The translations under genes were made by a program, and so were the position numbers. The notes under the pieces are model-generated. The model was not told where the DNA came from and did no database searches. It worked only from the letters and a program-made list of their open reading frames with translations. Positions 30,518 to 40,592 of a DNA stretch of 64,000 bases are shown in pieces. Every line of letters begins with the position of its first letter. Position 1 is the stretch's first letter. Source of the DNA: Candidatus Multivoradales bacterium (GTDB taxonomy: Bacteria; Acidobacteriota; Thermoanaerobaculia; Multivoradales; J023); NCBI GenBank assembly GCA_965248925.1, contig CBDFLE010000006.1, positions 2,784,001-2,848,000 on the forward strand, read 5' to 3'.

Positions 30518-31390
30518 ATGTCGATGGCTTTGCTGCGTGCAATACGGCCCATTCAGTGGGTCAAGAACGGGTTTGTGCTGGCGCCTGTGGTCTTTGCCCA
30601 CCAGCTGGACGAGCCCGAGGTCTTAGGGCGCGCCGCGCTCGCTTTTGCGGCCTTCTGTGCCGCCGCCAGTGCTGTATACCTGTTCAACGATCTTCGCGAT
30701 CGTGAGGACGACCGCCGGCATCCGCTGAAGCGCAGCCGGCCGATTGCCCGTGGCGACCTCGGAGTTCCGCTGGCGTGGGTCGCGGCGGTTTTGCTCGCCG
30801 GCGCGGCTCTGGCAGCTTCGGTTCCTTTGGGACGGGGCTTCGGCGGCTTGCTGGCTCTCTACCTGGGCATCAATCTGCTCTACAGCAGCTGGTTGAAACG
30901 TCTGGTGATCATCGACGTAATGCTGGTCGCGGTGGGTTACGTCATCCGCGTGGAAGCCGGTGCCGCGGCGGTGGGGGTGGCGTTATCCAGCTGGTTGTTG
31001 CTTTGCACCATCTTCTTGGCCCTCTTTCTGATTTTCTCCAAGCGTCGCCACGAACTCCTGCTGTTGGCTGAAGAGGCCGGCGATCACCGGGCGGTTCTCG
31101 ATCATTACAGCCCGACCTTTCTCGACCAGATGATCAACGTGGTGACCGCTTCGACGGTGGTTTCCTATGCCCTCTACGTCGTCGATCCGGAGACCATCTC
31201 CCGCTTCGGCTCCGAGCGATTGGTCTACACCGTGCCGCTGGTCCTGTACGGCATCTTCCGCTACCTCTACTTGGTGTATCAGCGGCCGCGGCGGCGTAAT
31301 CCGACCGAGGCCGTGTTGAAAGACCTGCCGTCGGTTATCAATGTCTTGGTCTGGGGATTGGCAGTGCTGTGGATCGTCTACGGCGGCTAG
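30518..31390 (+). CDS. UbiA-family decaprenyl-phosphate phosphoribosyltransferase
   Basis: RPIQWVKN, YLFNDLRDREDDRRHPLKRSRPIA, KRRHEL, YGIFRY. Confidence 0.9.
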   Translation: MSMALLRAIRPIQWVKNGFVLAPVVFAHQLDEPEVLGRAALAFAAFCAAASAVYLFNDLRDREDDRRHPLKRSRPIARGDLGVPLAWVAAVLLAGAALAASVPLGRGFGGLLALYLGINLLYSSWLKRLVIIDVMLVAVGYVIRVEAGAAAVGVALSSWLLLCTIFLALFLIFSKRRHELLLLAEEAGDHRAVLDHYSPTFLDQMINVVTASTVVSYALYVVDPETISRFGSERLVYTVPLVLYGIFRYLYLVYQRPRRRNPTEAVLKDLPSVINVLVWGLAVLWIVYGG

Positions 31391-31402
31391 CCGAGGGCGT
31401 AG

Positions 31403-31756
31403 ATGACGGCAGCCGAAGCACAGCAACGCATCTTGGCCTGCTTCAAGCAGGAAATACGCCAGCGTCGGGGTCGGATCGGTGAACTCGAAGATCGTCTGGG
31501 GCGTTACCGGGGTTATCTCGCCAAAGTTTGCTCGGGGCGGTATCCAATATCCCTCGGCCAGCTGCTCGAAACCCTCGAGCTGATGGAAGTAGATCCGGCC
31601 GACTTCTTTGGCCGAGCACTCGATCTGGTGATCGATGTAGGCCAACTGTTGCGCGAGGTGGCAGGCGATAGCCAGGGCGATCCGGAGCTGGACGAGATTC
31701 TGCGCGCCAGCGACCAGCTTGATCAACAACGGCAGGCGTCATTGGATAACGACTGA
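31403..31756 (+). CDS. Small protein with XRE-like HTH
   Basis: ELEDRLGRYRGYLAKVCSGR...LLETLELMEVDPADFF. Confidence 0.5.
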   Translation: MTAAEAQQRILACFKQEIRQRRGRIGELEDRLGRYRGYLAKVCSGRYPISLGQLLETLELMEVDPADFFGRALDLVIDVGQLLREVAGDSQGDPELDEILRASDQLDQQRQASLDND

Positions 31757-31765
31757 AGGGGCCCC

Positions 31766-33430
31766 TCAGATTGGCGGCCGATAGCGATAGATGCTCATCA
31801 CGGGTGCCCCTTCGAGTCGCCAGACAACCTCTGGTTGCAGTCGTGCTTTGCAGTCGCGGACCAGCGCGTTCTCCCAATCGAGGCGCTCGACGAACATTAC
31901 ATACAAAGGCCGCAGGCGAGCAGCCTCCAGGGTCTTGGCCAGTCGGTCGGCTGCGATACGCGGTGAGAACGGGGTGGTGATCGGCAGCAAGAACAGGTCC
32001 TCACGCAAGCGTTCGGGCGCCACTAGCCGCACCGCGTGTTCGACAATCGGCACCGCTAGCAAGGCGTCTTGAGAGGCATGTTCGTTCAGCCATTCGAAGC
32101 CTAAGCGGTAGCTCGTTCCCCAATAGTCCCCGGCTTGAGGCAGGCCGCGTTGGCGGGCTCCGTCCAACCCACCGGCGAACTCGTTCCAATAGGCGAGCTG
32201 AAAAGGATGACTGCGCAGAGTCGCCCAGGCGCCGGGTAGCAAGAGCAGTAGCACGGCCACTGCCTTGAGACTCTCGGGGTGCCGGGCATGGCGCACGGCC
32301 TTGCCAATCAACCACGAGCCACCCAAACCGGCCAATGCCGCCAGCGCCGGGAAGAGCTCCAGGAAGTGACGCACGCCATCGAAATTAACCGCTTGCGGCA
32401 GCAGATAGCGCAGCATTGCCACTATCACCCAGACCCCCATCAGGCGAGCGGTGAGGTCCCCGGTCAGCGCCCGCCGAATGGCGATCACTGAACCCACCAG
32501 GGCCAGGGCGAGCAACAGGGGCGGAGTGGTGAACCAGACGGCTTCGAGCACCGGGGCGATGCTCTCGGGCCGAGTGTGGCCTTGGCGAAAGCCGATGTAG
32601 TCCAGGTGTTGCCACACCCGGTTCCAGGGATCGGCCCACAGATACGGCCAGCTGGCAAAAGTAGTCAGCAAGCCGAGCACTCCGCCGCCAACCAGGCTTC
32701 CAATCAGCTGCCGGGTGCGGCCTCGCCAAGACACTGGCGGCCCACCGAGTAGCAGCATGCCGAGGGGAATGCCGGGCAGAAACAAAGCATTTGCTTTGCA
32801 GCCGAGGGCCAGCCCCCACAGCACGCCGGTGAGCAACAGCCCGCGCACCGAACCCGATTCCCAGGCGCGCAAGAAGGCCATCAGGGTCAAGGCGTAGAGC
32901 ACCAGCAGCGGAAAATCCTTGATGTTCGCCATCAGGTGGCCGAATACCCGCGGTGAACTGAGCAGTAGGACCACCGCCAGGGTTGCCGCCACCGCTCCCC
33001 AGCGAGTGGCCAAGAAGCGCCAGAAGACCCAGCTGAGGAGGGCCGCCAGCAGCGGTCCGAGGGCATGAAAACCATCGAAGGGATCGAGCCAGCCGAGGCT
33101 GCGCGAAAAGACCACCGAGCAGGCGGCCGCCAGGGTGTTGGCCACCGGGTAGTACTCCCACGGCCGGCCGCGAAAAGGCGACAGCCGTAGGTCGGGCCGG
33201 TGCTCGGCAGGATAAGGGTCGGCGGCGAAGTCCAGATAAGCCGGGTCTAGCGAAGTAAAGAACGACAGATAGCGCTGGCCAAAGAACAGATCGCCCAGAG
33301 CTTCGTCCCAGGTCACGTTATAGGATCCCAGGCTAGCGAAGCCGAGAACCAGTATGGCCAGTGCCAGCACCACGGGTAGCCAGCGTCGCCAGGACTCGCC
33401 TTCGGTCGCCGATCGCCGTTCTTTGCTCAG
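31766..33430 (-). CDS. GT39/ArnT-like membrane glycosyltransferase
   Basis: VTWDE luminal motif, ANIKDFP, FDGVRH, DYWG; start approximate. Confidence 0.75.
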   Translation of the reverse strand: MSKERRSATEGESWRRWLPVVLALAILVLGFASLGSYNVTWDEALGDLFFGQRYLSFFTSLDPAYLDFAADPYPAEHRPDLRLSPFRGRPWEYYPVANTLAAACSVVFSRSLGWLDPFDGFHALGPLLAALLSWVFWRFLATRWGAVAATLAVVLLLSSPRVFGHLMANIKDFPLLVLYALTLMAFLRAWESGSVRGLLLTGVLWGLALGCKANALFLPGIPLGMLLLGGPPVSWRGRTRQLIGSLVGGGVLGLLTTFASWPYLWADPWNRVWQHLDYIGFRQGHTRPESIAPVLEAVWFTTPPLLLALALVGSVIAIRRALTGDLTARLMGVWVIVAMLRYLLPQAVNFDGVRHFLELFPALAALAGLGGSWLIGKAVRHARHPESLKAVAVLLLLLPGAWATLRSHPFQLAYWNEFAGGLDGARQRGLPQAGDYWGTSYRLGFEWLNEHASQDALLAVPIVEHAVRLVAPERLREDLFLLPITTPFSPRIAADRLAKTLEAARLRPLYVMFVERLDWENALVRDCKARLQPEVVWRLEGAPVMSIYRYRPPI

Positions 33431-35316
33431 TGCAACTCCAACAGCAGATAGCCGCCGTCTGGGGACTTGTAGGTTGGCCGCACGCGGCTCGGGTCCCGCA
33501 CCAAGTCGAGCAGCTCTTGAGGGTAAGGGATGCCCCAATTCGCCTTGCGCAGCAGCAGGTGGGTGATGCCCTCGGCGGCCAAGTGCTGGTTGAGGGCCTT
33601 GGGGCCGTCTATATCCTGAAGCCAATCAACCAACTGCGAGGCTTCGAAGAAGCTATCGGCGATGTAGTCGCGCTCACAGAAGAAGGCTCGGTTGTAATCG
33701 ATCATCAACAGGCGGCTTTGCTCCGGCAGCTCATCGATGTGCAGCCACACCGGATCGATGACCGAGGCCAGCACTCGCTCGCCCTCTTCGCGCAGCAGGA
33801 TCTTGCTGGTCTGCCAGCCGCCGCGCAGCACTTTTTGTTGATCGACCACCGCCAGCAACGCCACCGAGCAGCCCAGCAACGCCCAGCCGGCTTGGCGCAT
33901 CCTGGCGTTGCGCAGCTTGCCCAGCAAATCGGCCAGTGCCAGCCCGGCGGCCAAGGCGGCCAGGGGCAGCAGGGGAACCAACAGCCGACTCTGCTGCGAA
34001 GTCAAACTCCAGAAGACAAAGCACAGGGCGACGACAAACAGTGCCCGGCGCACTGCTGGCAGTCGCCAGCCGGCGATCAAAGTCGCGGGCAGCAGTACCA
34101 GCCAGAAGGCACCTAGCCGGCCGTCGAAGTGCTCGTAACCCTGGCCGCCATTGAGCAAGACCCGAGGAATCAGCAGCAAATAATCGAGGGGCTCGCGGCC
34201 CATACCGATCGAGCTCTGCCAAGCGGCCAGTTGCTCCGCCAGCCGGGCGCTCCAACCGCTGCCGCCGAGAACCCCATAGAGCGCCGGGTACACTGGATTG
34301 CCGGTCCACCAAGCTGATTTCACCAACCACGGTGCCCACAGCACCGCCACCGGCAGGGCAAAGCGGGTGGCAAAGTCGCGGCGCAGCTCGGCACGGTGAT
34401 GTTCGGCACGGTGATGCCCGGTACCGCGCAGCAGACGCGGCAGGTAGAGCAGTGCCAGTATCGCCACGCCAACAATGCCGGTGAGCTTGGTCCCCGCCAC
34501 CATGCCGCCACAGAGGCCCGCCAGCAACAGCCAGCGTTGCCGCTCGCGGCGCTGCTCACTATCGAGCGCCTGACAGAGAAAGAGAAACGCACCGAGTAAG
34601 AAAAACGCGTGAGCCAGTTCGACATAGGCCGTCCGTAGCTCAAACATGACGACATCATTGGCGAGGAAGAACAGCGCCGCCAGCCAACCGACCCGACCGC
34701 CGCCGAGCCGCCGGCAGCCCACCACCAGGGCGTAAAGCACCGCCACTCCAAAGCCGAAGTGCAGCAGCTTGGCTAGCACATGGTCCTTGATTCCCAAGGC
34801 CAGGGCATAGAGCAGCTCGGTGTTCTGTGGCCAATGCGAATAGACATTCCACGGTAGCTCGACAAAGCCTCCATGGCGCAAGTAGATCTTCGGCAGAGTC
34901 AGATGGTAGACGCTGGCATCCCAAGAGACCGCCGGCCCCAGGGTGACCATCAAGACGGGAAGCAGATAGAGCCCCAGCAAGAGAGCCAGCACCAGCTCCC
35001 CACGGCCATAGCCCAAAGCCCCTGCGGAGTCGCTGCCGGGAGCAAGTCGTTGGCGCCAGATGGCTGCCAGGAGTAGCAAGCCCAGCATCGCCCCGGTCAG
35101 GCTCCAGGTACACAGCCAGCCCACCGCCGCCAGAGCGAAGAGCAGAGCCACCCAACAGACCAATCCCAGGCAGAGTTCGGCCAAGCCACGGTAGGCGCCC
35201 AATTCGCCGAGGCTGTAGCGAGTGCTGTTCAGGCCGCTCGCCAGCAGCCGGCCGGCGAGCCAGAAGCTCAGACCCAGGGCCAGAGCCAGCAAGCAATGCT
35301 CGAGGATGTAAAGCAT
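33427..35316 (-). CDS. GT-C-type membrane glycosyltransferase
   Basis: WDASVYHLTLPK, GTKLTG, TGNPVYP, QQSRLLVP; many TMs. Confidence 0.7.
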   Translation of the reverse strand: MLYILEHCLLALALGLSFWLAGRLLASGLNSTRYSLGELGAYRGLAELCLGLVCWVALLFALAAVGWLCTWSLTGAMLGLLLLAAIWRQRLAPGSDSAGALGYGRGELVLALLLGLYLLPVLMVTLGPAVSWDASVYHLTLPKIYLRHGGFVELPWNVYSHWPQNTELLYALALGIKDHVLAKLLHFGFGVAVLYALVVGCRRLGGGRVGWLAALFFLANDVVMFELRTAYVELAHAFFLLGAFLFLCQALDSEQRRERQRWLLLAGLCGGMVAGTKLTGIVGVAILALLYLPRLLRGTGHHRAEHHRAELRRDFATRFALPVAVLWAPWLVKSAWWTGNPVYPALYGVLGGSGWSARLAEQLAAWQSSIGMGREPLDYLLLIPRVLLNGGQGYEHFDGRLGAFWLVLLPATLIAGWRLPAVRRALFVVALCFVFWSLTSQQSRLLVPLLPLAALAAGLALADLLGKLRNARMRQAGWALLGCSVALLAVVDQQKVLRGGWQTSKILLREEGERVLASVIDPVWLHIDELPEQSRLLMIDYNRAFFCERDYIADSFFEASQLVDWLQDIDGPKALNQHLAAEGITHLLLRKANWGIPYPQELLDLVRDPSRVRPTYKSPDGGYLLLELH

Positions 35317-35320
35317 CCGA

Positions 35321-36535
35321 TCAGTCTGCTTGAGCGATCGCCGTCCGCAGCTTGGCGGCGACCCGTTCGAGGTCCGCGAGAGTCATTTGATCAAACAATG
35401 GCAGCAAGATCGCCTGCTCCTGCGCCAGCTCCGACTCGACCAGCCGCCGGCAGCCATCGGCACCGCAGCTGCAACTGTGATCATTGGTGCGGCCGGTCCC
35501 AGGGGCACAAGACCAGGGCTGTTGCCGATAGGCCGGTTCACGATGAGCACACATGATGCCGCGACGACTGGCGACGCCTGCATCGAGCAAATGTTGCATC
35601 ACCCGGATTTGGTCACACCCCGGCGGCAGCCGCACGCAGAGGCTCTGCCAGTTAGTGCGCGCCCACGGTGGCTCGACCGGCAGCTCGAGACCAGGAATAT
35701 CACCGAGCAGCGCGAAGTACTGCTCGGCCAAAGCTCGGCGGCGCTGGACCACCGCAGGCAGGCGGCCCAGCTGCACCCTCCCCACCGCCGCCTGGATATC
35801 GGTCAGGCGGTAGTTGTAGGCCAGCTCGTCATAGGACTCGAAGACCACCTGGTGGGCGCCGTGGCGCACCGTGTCGGGCACCGTCATGCCGTGATGGCGC
35901 AGGCGGCGAAAGCGCGCATCCCAATCCGCGTCATGGGTCGTCAACATGCCGCCATCGCCGGTGGTCAGCAGTTTGCGAGGATGAAACGAGAAACACGCCA
36001 CCTTGCCATGCGGCCGGCCGATCTTCTGCCACTCGCCCCGCCAATCGATCTCCGAGCCAATCGCACAGGCGGCATCCTCGATCACCGGCAGGCCGTGTTT
36101 CTCGGCGATCGGCAGCAGCCGTGCCAGGTCGGCCGGCATGCCCATCTGGTGGACGGCCAGAATCGCCCGCGTGCGCTCGCCGATCAGTCCTTCGACCTTC
36201 GCTGGGTCCAGGTTGTAGGTCTGGCGTTCTATATCGATAAACACCGGCAGGGCATCGACAAAGCGGATGCAATTGGCGGTGGCGACAAAAGAGTGCGAAA
36301 CGGTGATCACCTCGTCACCCGGCCCCACCCCCGCCGCCAGCAGCGAGAGGTGCAGCGCTGCCGTGCAATTGGCCACCGCGCAAGCATGGCGGGCGCCGAC
36401 AAACGCGGCAAACTCCTCCTCGAACGCCAGCACCCGCGGCCCCTGGGTCACCCAACCCGAGCGCAGCGCCTCGGCCACTGCGTCGGCCTCCTCCTCACCT
36501 AGCAACGGCCGAATAATCGGCAGCGAGTCGCTCAC
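35321..36535 (-). CDS. DegT/DnrJ/EryC1/StrS sugar aminotransferase
   Basis: SGWVTQGP, NCTAALH, IEDAACAIG, SFHPRKLLTTGDGG, YNYRL. Confidence 0.93.
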   Translation of the reverse strand: MSDSLPIIRPLLGEEEADAVAEALRSGWVTQGPRVLAFEEEFAAFVGARHACAVANCTAALHLSLLAAGVGPGDEVITVSHSFVATANCIRFVDALPVFIDIERQTYNLDPAKVEGLIGERTRAILAVHQMGMPADLARLLPIAEKHGLPVIEDAACAIGSEIDWRGEWQKIGRPHGKVACFSFHPRKLLTTGDGGMLTTHDADWDARFRRLRHHGMTVPDTVRHGAHQVVFESYDELAYNYRLTDIQAAVGRVQLGRLPAVVQRRRALAEQYFALLGDIPGLELPVEPPWARTNWQSLCVRLPPGCDQIRVMQHLLDAGVASRRGIMCAHREPAYRQQPWSCAPGTGRTNDHSCSCGADGCRRLVESELAQEQAILLPLFDQMTLADLERVAAKLRTAIAQAD

Positions 36536-37512
36536 CGTCCAGCCTCCCCCGGCTTCGACGCCAGCACCCAATCCACCAGCTGGCGCAAACCCTCCCCCAG
36601 GCCCACCTCAGCTTCAAACCCCAGCACTCGGCGAGCCGCTTCGGTATCAGCTAGCCGGCGCGACACCGGATTCACCGCCCGTTCCTCGCGATACTCCACC
36701 CCCAGCGTAGAGCCCATCACGGCGAGCAGCGCCTCAGCCAGCTGCAGCAAACTGGTTTCAGTGCCCGAGGCGACATTGAACACCTGATCACCAGCCCGGC
36801 CCGCGGCCAGCGCCTTGGCGGCTAGCAAATTGGCGCGGGCGATGTCTTCGATAAAAACAAAGTCCATGGTCTGACAACCGTCGCCAAAGATCAGTGGCGG
36901 CAGGCCAGCACGAATCCGTTCGATCCAGCGGATCAGCACCTCGGTGTAGGCGCCAAAGATGTCCATCCGCGGGCCATAGACGTTGAAATAGCGCAACGCC
37001 ACATAGTCCAGGCCGTACATGTCATTGAAACTGCGCAGTAGGCCCTCGTTGAACACCTTGGCGGCGCCGTAGAGAGTGCGATTGGCATAGGGATGGTGAT
37101 CCTCGCGGGTAGGAAACTCCTCCGCCAGCCCATAGGCCGAGGCTGACGAAGCCGCCACCACCCCCCTCACCCCAGCCTCCACCGCCGCCTCGACGACGTT
37201 GAAGGTGCCATCCACCAGCACCTCGAGCGCCACCCGAGGCTCCTCGGCACAGCGGGTAATGCGGATCGCTGCCTGATGAAACACCAGGTCGATCCCCTCG
37301 GTGGTGCGCCGCAGTAGGTCACGATCGCAGATATTGCCCTCGACAACCGTCACCCGGCCATGGTCCATCGCCCAAGCCAGGTTCTCGCGCCGGCCGCGTG
37401 AGAAGTCGTCCAGGACCACCACTTCGGCGGCATCCTCGCGCATCAGCAGATCGGCAATATGCGAGCCGACCAGGCCCGCACCGCCGGTGATAAGAATTCT
37501 CTTGCCGCGCAT
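36532..37512 (-). CDS. NAD-dependent sugar epimerase/dehydratase
   Basis: TGGAGLVG, YGAAK, LRYFNVYGP, FNVASG. Confidence 0.93.
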   Translation of the reverse strand: MRGKRILITGGAGLVGSHIADLLMREDAAEVVVLDDFSRGRRENLAWAMDHGRVTVVEGNICDRDLLRRTTEGIDLVFHQAAIRITRCAEEPRVALEVLVDGTFNVVEAAVEAGVRGVVAASSASAYGLAEEFPTREDHHPYANRTLYGAAKVFNEGLLRSFNDMYGLDYVALRYFNVYGPRMDIFGAYTEVLIRWIERIRAGLPPLIFGDGCQTMDFVFIEDIARANLLAAKALAAGRAGDQVFNVASGTETSLLQLAEALLAVMGSTLGVEYREERAVNPVSRRLADTEAARRVLGFEAEVGLGEGLRQLVDWVLASKPGEAGR

Positions 37513-37771
37513 CTTTCTCCCCTCGCTGGGATTCTCTGGGTGGTTGTTCCGGAGGGGGGCAGTTTATACCTCTGGGGGGTTGGGGTGGTGGGTGCCTGGA
37601 TCATGAAAACGAAGCTCAAGCAGTGTCGACTGGTTCAGTTGCGGCAGTGGGCGGTCTCGGACTCAGATCTGGTGTTACATTTTCGGCTAACAGTGGTGCG
37701 TTGCTGCTGCCACTTGCGCTGTAACTGAGCATGAGCATCAGCATCAGCATCAGATGTTGGGAGGGGCACGG

Positions 37772-38626
37772 GTGCTGAAAAATATCCTGGTCCTCGGTGC
37801 CGGAACCTTGATCATTGGCCTCTTGATCTTGGATCTTCTAACAACCCTTGCCCCGAACGATTTCCAGACTTCCTGGCAAGAACCTCCGGGCGGCTCGACC
37901 TATCGTGCCGATGTCGAGATCCAGCGGCTTCGCTTTGACCAGATACACGGCACGCTGCGAGCGGTACTTGGACTTGTCTTGGTACGGTCGGCTCAAGATG
38001 ACGAGATTTCGAAGTTCAGTTTCAGTTTGCAGAGTTCCGGCAGCGAAGGGACCACTTACTGGTTGCCATATCCGGAAACCTGGCCGATGCCGGGTACTAC
38101 TTGGGAAGAGATTCGCGGCGAAGAGAGCTTCGACGTTCTCGAGGCCAGTCAGGAAATGACGCTGTTTGTCAACCAGAGAACTCGCCAAACGTTATATCCG
38201 TTTGATGATATTACTCTGCGATTTCTCCCCAGAGGATTCGTTGACGGCGGGGTACTTGATCCGGATCTGTGGGTCCACAGTTTTTCAGTTAGTCTTTCAG
38301 ACCCAAACTTCCACTTGCTCTGCTCGGTTGATGAGAGTGAGGTTGTTTGTCAACTGAAGCGAAGCGCCTTCGTTCGCATGATTAGCGTGGCATTGCTGGC
38401 CTGTGTGTTGGTGTTTTATTTCTATCTATTCCGACTGACCAGTCGTGACGAATTACTTGCCAAGACGTTGGGCTTCATGGGCGCACTCTGGGGTGTTCGC
38501 TCGGTGCTAGTTCCGCGCTCTTTGGCTGTTTTTCCCTCTTTGATCGATTACGTCGTGTTGATCCTTTTCTTTGTCTTGTTTCTAACCGTCATCGCAACTG
38601 TTCAGCCTGCCAGGCCTAACCCATAG
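37772..38626 (+). CDS. Membrane protein resembling pentameric ligand-gated ion channels (DUF4436-like topology)
   Basis: N-terminal TM, beta-rich domain with YPFD, LKR, three C-terminal TMs with P...PSLIDY; GGAGGGG RBS before GTG; visibly lower GC. Confidence 0.55.
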   Translation: MLKNILVLGAGTLIIGLLILDLLTTLAPNDFQTSWQEPPGGSTYRADVEIQRLRFDQIHGTLRAVLGLVLVRSAQDDEISKFSFSLQSSGSEGTTYWLPYPETWPMPGTTWEEIRGEESFDVLEASQEMTLFVNQRTRQTLYPFDDITLRFLPRGFVDGGVLDPDLWVHSFSVSLSDPNFHLLCSVDESEVVCQLKRSAFVRMISVALLACVLVFYFYLFRLTSRDELLAKTLGFMGALWGVRSVLVPRSLAVFPSLIDYVVLILFFVLFLTVIATVQPARPNP

Positions 38627-38636
38627 GAGGGAAAAC

Positions 38637-39170
38637 ATGAAGAATACGTCATTTTTTGTACTGCTGATTGCCTTAGCTGGGTGGGGCGTCAGCACCTTGG
38701 CTCAGGATCAGGAGATGCCCTTGGGCAAGACTTCGCTTGAGCTTCCCACAACCCTGGCGATCGAGTCCGAGGAAGTATCGAAGCTCCGGGTGGTCAGAGG
38801 CCGAGAAATCGCATTCGTGCAGAGGGACGATGGAGACTATGTGCTCAACAAAATGCTGCCCTACGGTGCGATTGTCGACGATCCGAAAACAAAGCGACCG
38901 CGCAACGGTCTAATTGTGGAGTATCAGATCTATGCCCAAGACGATCAAGCATTCTTCGTTGAGATAATTGTTCCGAGAATGCAACACAAAGGTCTAGCGG
39001 ATAGCGAATTCGAAGCGAGTCTCTCAGGTAACGCACTAGTTGATGACTTGGTCTCGGCTTTGGCACTCCAAGTAAGATCTGGTACGCACAGCTGCGCTAA
39101 CGGTCGGGTTTGTGTCAAGACCCGTAAAGTCGACGGGGTTGAAAAGTGTTGCCGATACAAATGTCGATGA
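38637..39170 (+). CDS. Secreted protein with Cys-rich basic C-terminal tail
   Basis: AGGAGG RBS, signal peptide, tail CANGRVCVKTRKVDGVEKCCRYKCR. Confidence 0.75.
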   Translation: MKNTSFFVLLIALAGWGVSTLAQDQEMPLGKTSLELPTTLAIESEEVSKLRVVRGREIAFVQRDDGDYVLNKMLPYGAIVDDPKTKRPRNGLIVEYQIYAQDDQAFFVEIIVPRMQHKGLADSEFEASLSGNALVDDLVSALALQVRSGTHSCANGRVCVKTRKVDGVEKCCRYKCR

Positions 39171-39401
39171 ACGAGAGGGGTGCGGCTGATCATCTGTTGG
39201 AGCAGCCGACGGCAGACCTGGTGCCGCCGGCCTGACTGCCCGGACCAAGTGCCAGCCGATTCTCGGCCATTGCGGCGAGTAGACCTGAAGCCGTCAGTGC
39301 AAACCCACGAAGCTTGCCGAGGGCGATCTATCCGCCCAAATGTCTCTGAAGAAGACGGCGGCAGGGAATAGGTACCAGCCGATTCGCAGCCACCTTGGTG
39401 G

Positions 39402-39791
39402 TCATTGGCCTGTAGCCGCGGAAACCGCCGCGGCAAGATCGGGTGAACGAGATCTACCGCGCCCACTTGCCGCCGTTCTCAGCGGATTACGAGGAACTTG
39501 CGCTGCCTTGCCCGGTGCCTCCGACGGAGTCAGTTGTATGCGAAGTTCTGCTCCGAGCGCCTTCGCCAGCCGGACCATGGTCATCAGGGTGAAGTTGGCG
39601 TTACCGCGCAGGATCTTGGTGATGTAGGCGGGGGAAGTACCAAGTCGGCGAGCCAACTCCGACCTCGACACCTCTTCCCGTTCCATCAGGCGGAAGATCT
39701 CCTCGGTGAATTCCTGCACGGTGCCGGCGAGCCAATAGTCGTCGTGTCCTTCGGCTCTTTTGTAGAGATCGTCGAAGTTCTTGGCTTTCAT
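39402..39791 (-). CDS. XRE/HTH antitoxin (HigA-like)
   Basis: SRSELARRLGTSPAYITKILRGNANFTLMTMVRLAKALG; downstream of toxin. Confidence 0.85.
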   Translation of the reverse strand: MKAKNFDDLYKRAEGHDDYWLAGTVQEFTEEIFRLMEREEVSRSELARRLGTSPAYITKILRGNANFTLMTMVRLAKALGAELRIQLTPSEAPGKAAQVPRNPLRTAASGRGRSRSPDLAAAVSAATGQ

Positions 39792-39796
39792 CGTCT

Positions 39797-40189
39797 CTAT
39801 CCTTTCATTTTGAGAGCGGCTTGCCCTTTTGCCAAGAAGTACTGGCGTCGGTACTCTTGCGCTCTTTCGATCTCGGTTGCCGGGGTCTTCTGGCGCTTTT
39901 TTACGAAGCCGTGACTACAAATCACCAGCTTGCCCTCGTCGTAGAACCAGAGTACCCGGACTCGGCCCTGGATGAACTCCCAGAGCCCAGGCCCGAGCTG
40001 ATGGGAGATCTCCGTATTGCGTGGCGGGCCGTGGTCAGCGACCCGATCAAGAAGCTTGAGCATCCGACGACCGTCTCTTGCGAGCCCGCCTTCAATTTCT
40101 GCCAGAAACTGCAGAAGCGGGCAGTCACCGCGATCGGTGCAGACCGCCAAGACTTGCCAACCTCCACTTCGGACCCGCCGTAACCTCAT
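39797..40189 (-). CDS. RelE/HigB (Gp49-like) toxin
   Basis: GLWEFIQGRVRVLWFY...SHGFVKKRQKTPATEIERA; GGAGG RBS. Confidence 0.85.
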   Translation of the reverse strand: MRLRRVRSGGWQVLAVCTDRGDCPLLQFLAEIEGGLARDGRRMLKLLDRVADHGPPRNTEISHQLGPGLWEFIQGRVRVLWFYDEGKLVICSHGFVKKRQKTPATEIERAQEYRRQYFLAKGQAALKMKG

Positions 40190-40208
40190 TTTAACCTCCA
40201 GGTTCAAA
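40189..40208. promoter_or_regulatory. Candidate TA autoregulatory operator
   Basis: Imperfect IR TTTTAACCT-CC-AGGTTCAAA over the toxin RBS. Confidence 0.45.
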
Positions 40209-40592
40209 CGGTGGCAAGCAGGATCTTGCTCATTGTCGATCCTGACCGCCCACGAGGGGTTCGCAACGTGCTGCGGCCCAGCCTCCTCAGCTGAGCCAGC
40301 CAAGCCGATATCGCGTATCCTAGAAGGTCTGGAGGTACTGTATGGCGACGACAATCCAATACTACCCTGAGATAGGTGCCAGCCGATTCGCAGCTGCCGA
40401 TTCGCAGCTACTCGGACCTCCGGCCCCTTCGGCCAGGACCCTCTGCCTCCTCTGCACTCTATCCAGCGACCCGTCGCCGATCGTCGAGCTAGCAGAGAGC
40501 TTGTGCGAGAGTGATCGCGTGCGCACAGCCAGCATTGTCGAGAGCGTGGTAGATTGTCCCTCTCCAGGTAATATGCCCGGAGGACGATTCTC

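Noticed and set aside
15431-36502. Long antisense ORFs (e.g. 15431-16126, 21327-22691, 35330-36502)
   Set aside because: Shadow frames opposite well-supported genes, expected at high GC
37728-37753. (AGCATC)n as a phase-variation tract
   Set aside because: Only four units, upstream of the RBS, unit length a multiple of three
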